NCBI GenBank assembly: GCA_938091905.1
Contig: CALKOM010000199.1
Coordinates: 1 to 21,591, forward strand
Direction of reading: 5' to 3'
Length of the DNA stretch: 21,591 nt
From: an uncultured Verrucomicrobiales bacterium
GTDB lineage: Bacteria > Verrucomicrobiota > Verrucomicrobiia > Verrucomicrobiales > DEV007
Shown here: positions 1 through 8,260 of the stretch, piece after piece
Layout of the letters: each line of letters opens with the position of its first letter
Position numbering within the stretch: the first letter of the stretch is position 1
The notes under the pieces: model-generated
What the model saw: the letters and a program-made list of their open reading frames with translations, nothing else
Told to the model about the DNA's origin: nothing
Databases searched by the model: none
Translations under genes and position numbers: made by a program

Positions 1-1673
1 ACCGTGCTAGGTGCCTTTGACGGTGGACTGAAACGCCGTGGAGAACGTCTTCGCATTGTTGATGCTAACGATAAAACCATCACTGACGTCCACTATGCTA
101 CGGCAGCGCCATGGCCCGCAGCAGTTGCCGATGGTTCCGACTCTCTCCAATGCATCGACCTCCATCGCGACGCCGATGACCCCGTCAACTGGGCAGCGGC
201 AGAACCTTCGCCAGGCAAGGCAGTCGATTCGGTGACGCCCGAAACTTTCCCACTTTCGCTCTATCAGATTTCGCATATACCCGAAGCTCCTTTTCCGGGG
301 ACACCGACGGTCGTCACTGCTTGGCTGGCGCCCGGAGCCGACAATCCGATCCTTCAACTGACACTGTATGTCAAAGCCAACGACAAACGATTCGAGAAAT
401 CACTCATGGTCAAGAACGAGAAAGGCGTGTCGCGATAGGAGATCCGCGGAACGATCGGTGCTCTGCCCCCGGGCACCCTGGTCCGCTACTGATTCACCGT
501 TCGAAGTGCGGGACCAGGATCACCATACCACTTTCCAAGTCCTAACAAACAGGCAACTGCCTACGTAGTTTCCATCAATGATACACCATTGGAAGGGTCT
601 CTGCCCATTTATCAATTGTGGCTTGAGGATGCGACCTGGCAGGCCGTTCAGAACCCTCCACGCTCGGACAACACGCGCTGGGCGACCTTTGTCCATGAGT
701 CGAAAGCGTACCCGGTCCGTGTACGGTGCCGAGGGGCCTTCCCGCCCGTATGACCAAAGAAGTGTTTTACGAGAACAGCGGTGGCTTCCGGTATCAAGAT
801 CGCATCAACCTCAATTCAGCTTACCGAGACGTCGCCCACATTCGGGAACCTTTGGCTTATTCCATCTACCGAGATCTAGACGTGCCCGCCCCCGAATCAC
901 GATTGGTTAGGCTAGATATGAATGGCGAGTTCTGGAGGATCTTTGCCGAAGTAGAACAAGCCAGCGAAGACTTCCTGAAGAAATGGAAACTAGACGACAC
1001 CGAACTGTTCAAGGCGGTGTCAGGTGATCAACGCAGTCTCGGAAACCCAGAATCCTACGCTCGGCACTATCAGAATGAAACGGGAATAGAGAACGATTTC
1101 ACAAACATTCACGCTTTCTGTGACGGACTCGCCAACGCGACTTACAAAGCGACGTATTTCGAGAAACACGTCGATCTGAAACACTACACGAACTATCTCT
1201 GCGCCAACGCCGTCATCCAACACTGGGATAGCTATAGCAAGAATCACTACATCGCGAAACAGAGCCCCAGCAACCAGTGGCTCGTCATTCCTTGGGACGT
1301 CGATCGTACCTTCGGTGATGACTGGAACTGGCGCTTTGATCTCTACGACCTCTCTCCCTTCCACGGCGCTCGCGAACACCAGGGCCCGACAGGCTGGAAT
1401 CGCCTCATGGACGCTTATTGGAAAACGCCTTCCCTTCGCAAGCGCTACCTTGAGCGGTTAAACGATGTGCTATCTGAAACGTTCACGGAAGAACGTCTCT
1501 ACCCTCGCATTGATCAATTGGCGGAAAGCCTAGAGGAGGTGGGAACAGAAGACTTCAACCATTGGGGTAAGATGGGCGGAGCCCGTTCATGGCAACACTC
1601 TGTTAACGACGTGAAGACCTTCATCAAGAGGCGCCGCGCCTTATTACAGAAAGAGCTTCGCAAGCTGAACTAG
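1..1673 (+). pseudogene. Lamin-tail-domain + CotH kinase family protein, 5' truncated by the window, disrupted
   Basis: Frame 1 gives an LTD-like segment (GGLKRRGERLRIVD..Y...PWP..ADG...SL...NW...PSPG). It continues through TAG 436-438, TGA 490-492 (LPPGTLVRY*F) and TGA 751-753 (VRVRCRGAFPPV*PKK), then shifts near 760 into the 726-1673 ORF. That ORF has CotH motifs: RINLNS..RD..HIREPLAY, HWDSYSKNHY, IPWDVDRTFG. Confidence 0.85.
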
Positions 1674-1718
1674 CTCGGCACCAATTCAGTTGGGCAAGTC
1701 GCTTCCGTTGATGATGCC

Positions 1719-3188
1719 TTACCCATTCCAGTCTTCGCGCAATCGTTGCCGCTCTTTGCGCCGATCTGCCCGATGCCAGATCTGTCGGCGTTGCTTGGGC
1801 GTGAGTTCTTCATCCCGACCTTTCCCCCGGCCGGCCATGATCGACCCTAACGGATGAATCTCGGCCACGAGATTAGCCGGCTGAAACTGCTTGATTTGAG
1901 CCCGCACAGTTTCTGCAGGTTTGTATCCTAAAGGACTCTCAGAGAGATCTGGCTTCCCCAGGAACCACCGAACATCGACATCGCCGATCGCTTTGCTCAT
2001 GGATCTCGCCATGGCGTCTTCGTCAAAACTACCATCCTTCTGGCGAAACTGTTTGAGTACCCTTCGACGTGAGAGGTTCCGCCCGGCTCCATGTGGAGCG
2101 AACGAGAGGTAGTCTGATTGATTACCTCCTAACACGAGAAGAACAGGGCTTGCCATATTAAGAGGAATGAGGCCGAGAAGAGGCCGGTTTTGATCGTCAC
2201 ACCATGCTGGTGTAGCGCCTTTACCATGGAGGAAGAGCGCACCCCGACGCCAAACGAAGTTGTATTCATTGCCAAAGTTGGCCAGCATATCGACTTCGAG
2301 CCTGGCGAGAAAGCATTCGTGAATGAGGCGGTGGTTGGCGTAGGTCCAGCGTGAGAGATACTGGAGCGCTTCCCAATAGGCCTGCCCTTGCGGCGTCTCC
2401 ATGGACAACCAGGCGGCCGCCTCAGGTATTGCCTTGGCGAGTTTCTTAGTCTGAGCAATGGCAGCCTCAAGCCCTCGCTGGTAGACGCGCGCACCGAGTC
2501 CACGCGAGCCATGATGCGTGATGAGAACATGATATCGCTGATCTGGCTCGAGCCGAGCAAACGTCTCACCATGCCCAGCAGCGGAGAGGTGATCCAACCA
2601 TTCGGCCGCTGTTTCCAGCGTTCCTAGATAGGCAAAGTGATTGCCATCCCCTTGGTCCGCCAAATGAATCCTCGCATAGTTTTCAAAGCCACGCAGAAAG
2701 GAATTCTCCCAAACAGGCTCGCTCGTAAACGCATGCTCGACCTGATCACCAACTGGACGCCCACCCGGGCCAAAGCGCGTGACCGAGACTAACTGATCCA
2801 TGAGCTCACTCACTGAATGCGAATCTGGAGCCTTGAAGACCGTCGCTTGCATGGAGCAACAGATGTCTCCACCATGCGCCGCTGGAATGATTGCGTTTCG
2901 AACCGCAATCGCACCTCCGACCGGGATCGATGCAATAGCGCTTCCGGCTGGACAGGTATCCGGCATCAGAGCCCCTGCCTCAACAACAGGGCAGCCCATC
3001 AGCTCCCGCATGGTTCGACGCGCCGCTTTGAGATTCTTCTCCTCGTCTTTCGTGGTCGCCTCTACCGCTTCATTAAAGGCAATCGCCTCCTCGCGCATGG
3101 CCATGGTGGGCTCGTGGCGTGGATGAATCCGATTTAAACGTTTGAGTATGTAGGCATGGTCGTTCCCCTTGGCCGACAAACGTGCCAC
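1719..3188 (-). CDS. rtcB: RtcB family RNA ligase, possibly decaying; the frame is open upstream to an ACG at 3263
   Basis: Motifs MPDTCP, IPVGG, DICCS, GNHF, HHGSRG, HGKGATP, PHGAGR (guanylylated His) and ESPLGYK. The usual metal-binding HN motif reads YN (GNEYNF). Confidence 0.9.
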   Translation of the reverse strand: MARLSAKGNDHAYILKRLNRIHPRHEPTMAMREEAIAFNEAVEATTKDEEKNLKAARRTMRELMGCPVVEAGALMPDTCPAGSAIASIPVGGAIAVRNAIIPAAHGGDICCSMQATVFKAPDSHSVSELMDQLVSVTRFGPGGRPVGDQVEHAFTSEPVWENSFLRGFENYARIHLADQGDGNHFAYLGTLETAAEWLDHLSAAGHGETFARLEPDQRYHVLITHHGSRGLGARVYQRGLEAAIAQTKKLAKAIPEAAAWLSMETPQGQAYWEALQYLSRWTYANHRLIHECFLARLEVDMLANFGNEYNFVWRRGALFLHGKGATPAWCDDQNRPLLGLIPLNMASPVLLVLGGNQSDYLSFAPHGAGRNLSRRRVLKQFRQKDGSFDEDAMARSMSKAIGDVDVRWFLGKPDLSESPLGYKPAETVRAQIKQFQPANLVAEIHPLGSIMAGRGKGRDEELTPKQRRQIWHRADRRKERQRLREDWNG

Positions 3189-3259
3189 CTCATCTAACAG
3201 AGCGTCATGGGTCGCCGTATCGTGCCGTCCGAATTCGACAAGTTCTTCTTCAGTAAACT

Positions 3260-3285
3260 CCGTGCACTCTCATGCCAGTGCACGG
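3260..3285 (-). other. 9-bp perfect hairpin between the RRM gene and rtcB
   Basis: Minus strand CCGTGCACT-ggcatgag-AGTGCACGG (arms 3285-3277 and 3268-3260). No U-tract follows. Confidence 0.5.
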
Positions 3286-3289
3286 GTAC

Positions 3290-3964
3290 CTAGGCGACAT
3301 CACGATCACGCTCTTGCCGCGGTGCCTTGGCTCCAGACACGACCATCTTGCGCCCCATGTATTCCTTATCATGGAGTTCATCGACTGCGCGTTTGGCCTC
3401 GTCCACGCTCATCATATTGATGAAGGCATACCCTTTGGAACGTTGGGTGCGTGAGTTGTAGATGACTTCCACCTGTTCAACCGTACCCAAGCCATTGAAG
3501 AGTTCCTGAAGATCTGACTCCGCGGCATCATAGGAGAGATTTCCAACATAGAGACGAGGTGTCGTCACTTCGACACGTTCTGGTGTCCGCTTCTTAGCCA
3601 ACTTCTTCTTCGGCACCCTCTTCTTTGGAGCCGCAGATTTGCGCCCCTTGACGCTATCCTCAAACTTGACCTTGCCTTTGCCCTTCGGCACGGTCTTGCG
3701 TGTCGGCTTACTCTCACCGCCTAGTCCAAAGATAGTAAGGAAACGTTTCCAAAGACTCGGCTTAGGCTTGCGCCGGGGCATGGCTGAATACTCCACACCT
3801 CCGCTCCGAGCTCCGCCACTACCTCCACGTCGGTTGTCGCCATTGCCTCGGCGATTACCGCCGCCCTGGTTGTTATTCGAATTTCTTCTGCGGCGGCGAT
3901 TTCGATTCTGGCCACCGCCACGACGGTTCGAACCGCCGGAGGAGGATGAGTCTGCTGTTGACAT
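3290..3964 (-). CDS. RRM (RNP-1) RNA-binding protein with long R/G/N-rich and K-rich N-terminal extension
   Basis: RNP2 LYVGNL and RNP1 KGYAFINM in the C-terminal ~90 aa. The N-terminus is low-complexity (NRRRRRNSNNNQGGG) and includes an amphipathic segment PSLWKRFLTIFGL. Confidence 0.93.
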   Translation of the reverse strand: MSTADSSSSGGSNRRGGGQNRNRRRRRNSNNNQGGGNRRGNGDNRRGGSGGARSGGVEYSAMPRRKPKPSLWKRFLTIFGLGGESKPTRKTVPKGKGKVKFEDSVKGRKSAAPKKRVPKKKLAKKRTPERVEVTTPRLYVGNLSYDAAESDLQELFNGLGTVEQVEVIYNSRTQRSKGYAFINMMSVDEAKRAVDELHDKEYMGRKMVVSGAKAPRQERDRDVA

Positions 3965-4204
3965 GTTTGTGTAAGCTTAAGGTTAGGTGCCGACTGGAAG
4001 GACGTCCCGCAAGAACTGGGATCAACGTGCCTTTCAGGCCGACATGCGTGTCTAAGCGATTCGAAGCCACCCTTCCCAGAGACCAATCAACTGGGGGAGA
4101 AGTGAAGGCTACGGCCAGCATTTGGAGGTATTTCCAAACCAATTGGCTCGCAGAGTTGAGGGAGGGTGCATTCGTCATCGGAATTCCAAATCTCCGCTTA
4201 GGAC
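3965..4204 (-). ncRNA. Putative structured 5' leader or ncRNA upstream of the RRM gene
   Basis: Manual pairing: 4204-4185 (GUCCUAAGC..GAUUUGGA) pairs with 4065-4050 (UUCGAAUCGCUUAGAC), enclosing hairpins UUUGGA/UCCAAA and CCCAG/CUGGG. A second long hairpin spans 4044-3988. No family recognised. Confidence 0.4.
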
Positions 4205-4210
4205 TTGGCA

Positions 4211-4238
4211 AACCTAGGACACATCCTCCAACCAGCAA
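4211..4238 (-). promoter_or_regulatory. Putative sigma70-type promoter for the leader-RRM-rtcB unit
   Basis: TTGCTG-N16-TAGGTT on the minus strand just downstream of the recQ stop. It would start transcription near 4204, the 5' end of the closing stem. Confidence 0.3.
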
Positions 4239-4246
4239 GGCCGGAA

Positions 4247-6184
4247 TCACTCAAGAATGAGAGATTCCACGAGGTCGAGCACTTGTCCAAACGGCACCTG
4301 GTCAAAAAGTCCGAACTCCTCCCGCCGGGACAAACGAGCCCGCGTCCCTGCTGGGCTAGAAAGGCCGCAGAGAAATCTAGACAGCTGTCTGGAGGACCTC
4401 AAGGCGGGCACTTTGTCCCGAATGACCCCCTGAACCGCCTCAATCTCACCTTCGGAAAACTCATGAGTGGGTGAACGAGGCAGCGGGCCTGCCGACTCGC
4501 CATGACATCGTGAACAATGCCCACACGACTCCTCCGAAGGCTCTCCAAAGTAGGCCAAGAGGCTCTGAGTGAGACAACCAAACTCCTCGGCCAGAGCCAC
4601 GACCCGCCGTAATCGACCAATGTCCTGCGCCTCCCGCTTCCTGAATAGTTTATCCAGGCGGTCTGCGAGCGCTCGAGGATTTGAAACTCGCTTAAGCACC
4701 CGATACCCTTGCCGAATTCCCGTCGGCTTCACGATGAGATCACCCGCCGACTCAAGATCGCTCACCGCCTTGGCCACCCGTTCCCTCGGCTGACCAATCG
4801 CTGCACCCACTTCATCAGGCTGAATCGTCAGCCATCCCCATCCAGACTTCCCTGCGCCGAACATCTCACGGAGGAAGCTTTGCTCTTCTTCATCATAGCC
4901 GTTGACGAGGAACTCTAACCCTCGGACAAACCTCGTCCGATAAGCATTGTAGAATGGACGCGTTGCCGTGATGACCCCTTCCAGTTCCAAATAGGTCATC
5001 AGGGTGGAGACTACCAACGGACGGATGTCATTGGTCACGGACAAGTCGTAGAAAGAAACATCAAACTCATCGCCTTGGCGCAGCAAGTGATCTACCAGAT
5101 GTCGCAATCCTAGAGGAGATGGAGTGTCTCCATAGGCGAAGTTCTCCAATGTGATCAGATCATCCGCACAAGCAAACATCTCGCACACCGCATCGCCACC
5201 ATCGCGCCCCGCTCGTCCAATTTCTTGACTGTAATTCTCGAGGCTCTTCGGCACATTGTAGTGATAGATACCTCGAATATCCGATTTATCAATCCCCATG
5301 CCAAAGGCGATCGTCGCCACGATGACAGGCATTTCTCCCGACATGAACGCTTCCTGACAGGACACGCGCACTTCTGCCTGCAAACCTGCATGGTAAGCAC
5401 GCGCCTTGACTCCCGCTTTCTGAAGGAATGTCGCCACGGATTCTGCCGTGTGTTGCAAGGTCACGTAGACGATGGTGGATACGTCAGGCCTATCTTGAAG
5501 ACGTTGCAACAACAGGGTTCGTCTCGCTTGTTCGTTACACGGCGTCACCCTCAGCTTTAGATTGCTCCGATGGAAACTGAGCTGAACATGATCCCCGGGA
5601 GCGATGTCAAAAGTACTCCGAATATCCTCGGCAACGGGCGGCGTGGCCGTGGCCGTCAGCGCAAGGACACGCGGGATCTTCAGCGTCTTCGCCAAGCGGG
5701 CGAGCTTCAAATAGTCTGGACGGAAATTGTGTCCCCACTCTGAAATGCAGTGCGCTTCATCGATAGCTAGCATCGCAATCGTCAACCCATCAAGACGATT
5801 CAGAAATCCTTCATTGGAAAGCCGCTCGGGCGCAATGTAAAGTAATTTGAGAATTCCCGCGCCTAACTGATCATAAATCTCATGGGTCTCTTCAAGCGAG
5901 AGGCTCGAATCGAGTCGCGCAGCTGGCAAACCACGCTGCTGAAGCGCGTCAACCTGATCCTTCATCAGAGCGATCAAGGGAGAGATGACCAAGGTGACCC
6001 CCTCGAGCATCATCGCCGGGAACTGATAGCAAAGCGACTTCCCGCCACCGGTTGGAAAGACGGCCAGCGATGATCGCCCTTCCAACAAACAGCGCACAAC
6101 CTTCTCTTGCCCATCGCGAAACACGCCAAAGCCAAACCACTTCTCCAGATTGGCAGAAAGGGTTTCAGCAGACAGAGGAGGCAT
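4247..6184 (-). CDS. recQ: RecQ family ATP-dependent DNA helicase (no HRDC; atypical C-terminal half)
   Basis: Motif 0 FG...FRDGQ, motif I PTGGGKSLCYQ, DEAHCISEWGHNFRPDY, LTATA, ATIAFGMGIDK, QEIGRAGRDG, and Zn ligands C..LLAYFG...CGHCSRC. Confidence 0.93.
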   Translation of the reverse strand: MPPLSAETLSANLEKWFGFGVFRDGQEKVVRCLLEGRSSLAVFPTGGGKSLCYQFPAMMLEGVTLVISPLIALMKDQVDALQQRGLPAARLDSSLSLEETHEIYDQLGAGILKLLYIAPERLSNEGFLNRLDGLTIAMLAIDEAHCISEWGHNFRPDYLKLARLAKTLKIPRVLALTATATPPVAEDIRSTFDIAPGDHVQLSFHRSNLKLRVTPCNEQARRTLLLQRLQDRPDVSTIVYVTLQHTAESVATFLQKAGVKARAYHAGLQAEVRVSCQEAFMSGEMPVIVATIAFGMGIDKSDIRGIYHYNVPKSLENYSQEIGRAGRDGGDAVCEMFACADDLITLENFAYGDTPSPLGLRHLVDHLLRQGDEFDVSFYDLSVTNDIRPLVVSTLMTYLELEGVITATRPFYNAYRTRFVRGLEFLVNGYDEEEQSFLREMFGAGKSGWGWLTIQPDEVGAAIGQPRERVAKAVSDLESAGDLIVKPTGIRQGYRVLKRVSNPRALADRLDKLFRKREAQDIGRLRRVVALAEEFGCLTQSLLAYFGEPSEESCGHCSRCHGESAGPLPRSPTHEFSEGEIEAVQGVIRDKVPALRSSRQLSRFLCGLSSPAGTRARLSRREEFGLFDQVPFGQVLDLVESLILE

Positions 6185-6190
6185 CCACCA

Positions 6191-6219
6191 CGCTTAGGAG
6201 GCCCTATGCGGCGCGTCAA
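6191..6219 (-). promoter_or_regulatory. Putative promoter of recQ (leaderless geometry)
   Basis: TTGACG-N17-TAAGCG, ending 6 nt before the ATG at 6184. Confidence 0.4.
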
Positions 6220-6246
6220 CTAGCGCCATTCCAGAAGAAGCCTAGG

Positions 6247-6275
6247 TTGATTCTTACCAGTCGCCCGGCTAAGGA
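6247..6275 (+). promoter_or_regulatory. Putative promoter or RBS of the GTPase pair
   Basis: TTGATT-N17-TAAGGA, ending 5 nt before ATG 6281. AAGGA could instead be a Shine-Dalgarno. Confidence 0.3.
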
Positions 6276-6280
6276 CTTCC

Positions 6281-8260
6281 ATGCCCACCAAAGACGAGGA
6301 AATGGCCTTCCAAAGCCAAGCGGTCGACGCTTGCTGGGAAGGCCTGCGCTCGTTGCCTCTCGTCGAGCAGACTTGGCCGACAAACGACACCATCCCTGCG
6401 TGTGAGGCACTGCTTCGTTGGGCTCCTGAGATTCACGAACGGCTCACAACGAAACACACGCTCATTCACAAATTCGGAGTCGTGCCCATCTCCGCAGTCG
6501 TCGGCTTACTCAACAGTGGGAAATCGTCCCTAACAGCTTCCTTCCTCTCGCAGAAAAATCGTGATCGCGTCCTCCGGGGTGTGGGCCAATGCGAGGGCAG
6601 TCAGCGATTCACCCTGTGGGTCCCGCAATCCTGGAAAGATGATCAATCCTTCTTCGCAAATCTATTGGAATTGCTGACACGCGTCTTCGAATGCGAACCA
6701 GAAACTCTTTCTGATGAAGATGGGGAAGCAAGGAGGCAGCAGAATGACCTCACCCAGTTGGCCTGTCCCCTGATCGGCACGGACACGGCCTTGTCAACAC
6801 TCAAGCTGGCCATCCTCGATTGCCCAGACATTCAGCGAGCGAACAACGATGACGCCACCAAGTCTCGACTGGAAGTCGTTCGTCGCGCTTCAGAAATCTG
6901 CGCTGCCGTGTTTGTGGTCTTTGCGCGCAGCCAAGTGGAGATCAAGTCTCTCCAGGCCATTCTCGAAGCAATGCCAGACGCACAGCGTATTCATGCCGTC
7001 AATCTGATCAAAGACGATCCCGCGGAAATCGTGCGCAATGAGGTTGCCGAGGTGCTAGGACTTCAGAACGATGCCCTGATCTACGGCGCGTATGACTTTC
7101 TCTCCACTCACTATGACGCACGCACGCCAACGTGGGATACCAATCGCCCGCTCAGTTCGCTAGAACGCCTCGATGTTAGTTCCCCATGCTTTTTCAAGCT
7201 AGACTCTCAGCCCGAATCTAACAAGCCCACCGTCATTACTGAAGACCGATCCATTAGAGCCCTGGCTAAAGAGCTCACTCCGCACGCAATCAAGAGTCGA
7301 CGCATGAAAGAACTTCTCAGCGAGTTCTACGCCGATCTTGAAACCGGCGTGCATCGGTTGGAGACGATGCTCACTGAAAGCAGCAACGAGCTTTCCGCGG
7401 CTTCACTGAAGCTACGTTCATCGTGTCAGGGCCTCTTGACCGAAGGTGGCCGTATCCGCATCACCATGAGCCCTGAGATTCTGCAGAGTGTCGAGGCCAG
7501 CCTTACCCGCACCGCGCCACGTATGCAGAAGATCCTCCTTCTTCCAGTGAGACGTGTCTTTAAGAGCTGCGAAGGATTCATCGCCAAGGCCAAAGACTTC
7601 TCGATACTCCCAGGCAAAGAACTGAAGGAGAAGAAAGCCGAGTTGGAGCGCTCCTTGGGCGGCAGCAAGAGTGGCGTCGCCGCCAGCAAGATCACGGCGG
7701 AAGATGTGCAACGCGTGATCGCGCTTTGGAGCGGAAGCCTCAGCGACTATCAACCCGCCAAACGCTGGAAGGGCGAGGCAGAAGAGATATTGGCCCGGTT
7801 TCAGGCCGAAGATCGCAGCGATCTCACCCGCCGCGAGTGGGACGAACTCACTTCGCAGTTCTGGAAGAAGGCACCGAAGCGAGGAATCACTAAATCCATC
7901 ATCCTTATGTTAGTAGGCTTGCTTCTCGTCGTGGTCGACGGCGGAACGTCGCTCGTGGTCCTAACGGTTGATGCTATCGGCGTGTCGGGAATGCTTGCTT
8001 CACTCGGGTTGGGCGCCAAAGAGTTACGTGAATTCCAAGAGGTGCTCGATTCCAAATTGGGTCTTCGGCAAGTCTCCAATTTCCATGCCATCGTGTGTGA
8101 CATTATCGGCCTTCCTCGTGATCGTGACAACGGCGATCTCCCGATTCCAACAGTTGAGACGAAACTAAATCAGCCCAGCTATGGGGTGACTGAACGCGAC
8201 TGGTCTCTCCATCAACTGAACGAAACCTCTCTCAACGCCCTGCGATCTCATGGTCTCTGA
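6281..8260 (+). CDS. Uncharacterised P-loop GTPase, dynamin-like architecture (protein A)
   Basis: G1 GLLNSGKS (aa 75-82) after a hydrophobic strand, G3-like ILDCPD, G4-like AVNLI. A long helical middle region and a C-terminal hydrophobic, Gly-containing stretch (IILMLVGLLLVVVDGGTSLVVLTVDAIGVSGMLASLGLG). Intact 659-aa ORF. Confidence 0.7.
   Translation: MPTKDEEMAFQSQAVDACWEGLRSLPLVEQTWPTNDTIPACEALLRWAPEIHERLTTKHTLIHKFGVVPISAVVGLLNSGKSSLTASFLSQKNRDRVLRGVGQCEGSQRFTLWVPQSWKDDQSFFANLLELLTRVFECEPETLSDEDGEARRQQNDLTQLACPLIGTDTALSTLKLAILDCPDIQRANNDDATKSRLEVVRRASEICAAVFVVFARSQVEIKSLQAILEAMPDAQRIHAVNLIKDDPAEIVRNEVAEVLGLQNDALIYGAYDFLSTHYDARTPTWDTNRPLSSLERLDVSSPCFFKLDSQPESNKPTVITEDRSIRALAKELTPHAIKSRRMKELLSEFYADLETGVHRLETMLTESSNELSAASLKLRSSCQGLLTEGGRIRITMSPEILQSVEASLTRTAPRMQKILLLPVRRVFKSCEGFIAKAKDFSILPGKELKEKKAELERSLGGSKSGVAASKITAEDVQRVIALWSGSLSDYQPAKRWKGEAEEILARFQAEDRSDLTRREWDELTSQFWKKAPKRGITKSIILMLVGLLLVVVDGGTSLVVLTVDAIGVSGMLASLGLGAKELREFQEVLDSKLGLRQVSNFHAIVCDIIGLPRDRDNGDLPIPTVETKLNQPSYGVTERDWSLHQLNETSLNALRSHGL

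Noticed and set aside
4050..4070. tRNA T-arm or Y RNA, suggested by TTCGAATC on the minus strand
   Set aside because: The base before TTCGAAT is C rather than G so no T-stem forms, no cloverleaf is evident, and no Ro60 gene is nearby.
4205..4245. c-di-GMP-I riboswitch, suggested by GGCAAACC on the plus strand
   Set aside because: It lacks the GNRA hairpin and GACGCAAAG core and points away from any downstream plus-strand gene.
3873..4260. ORFs 3873-4250 (-), 3946-4260 (+) and 3721-4086 (-) across the intergenic region
   Set aside because: No recognisable motifs, they overlap the RRM gene, and they are expected by chance at this GC content.
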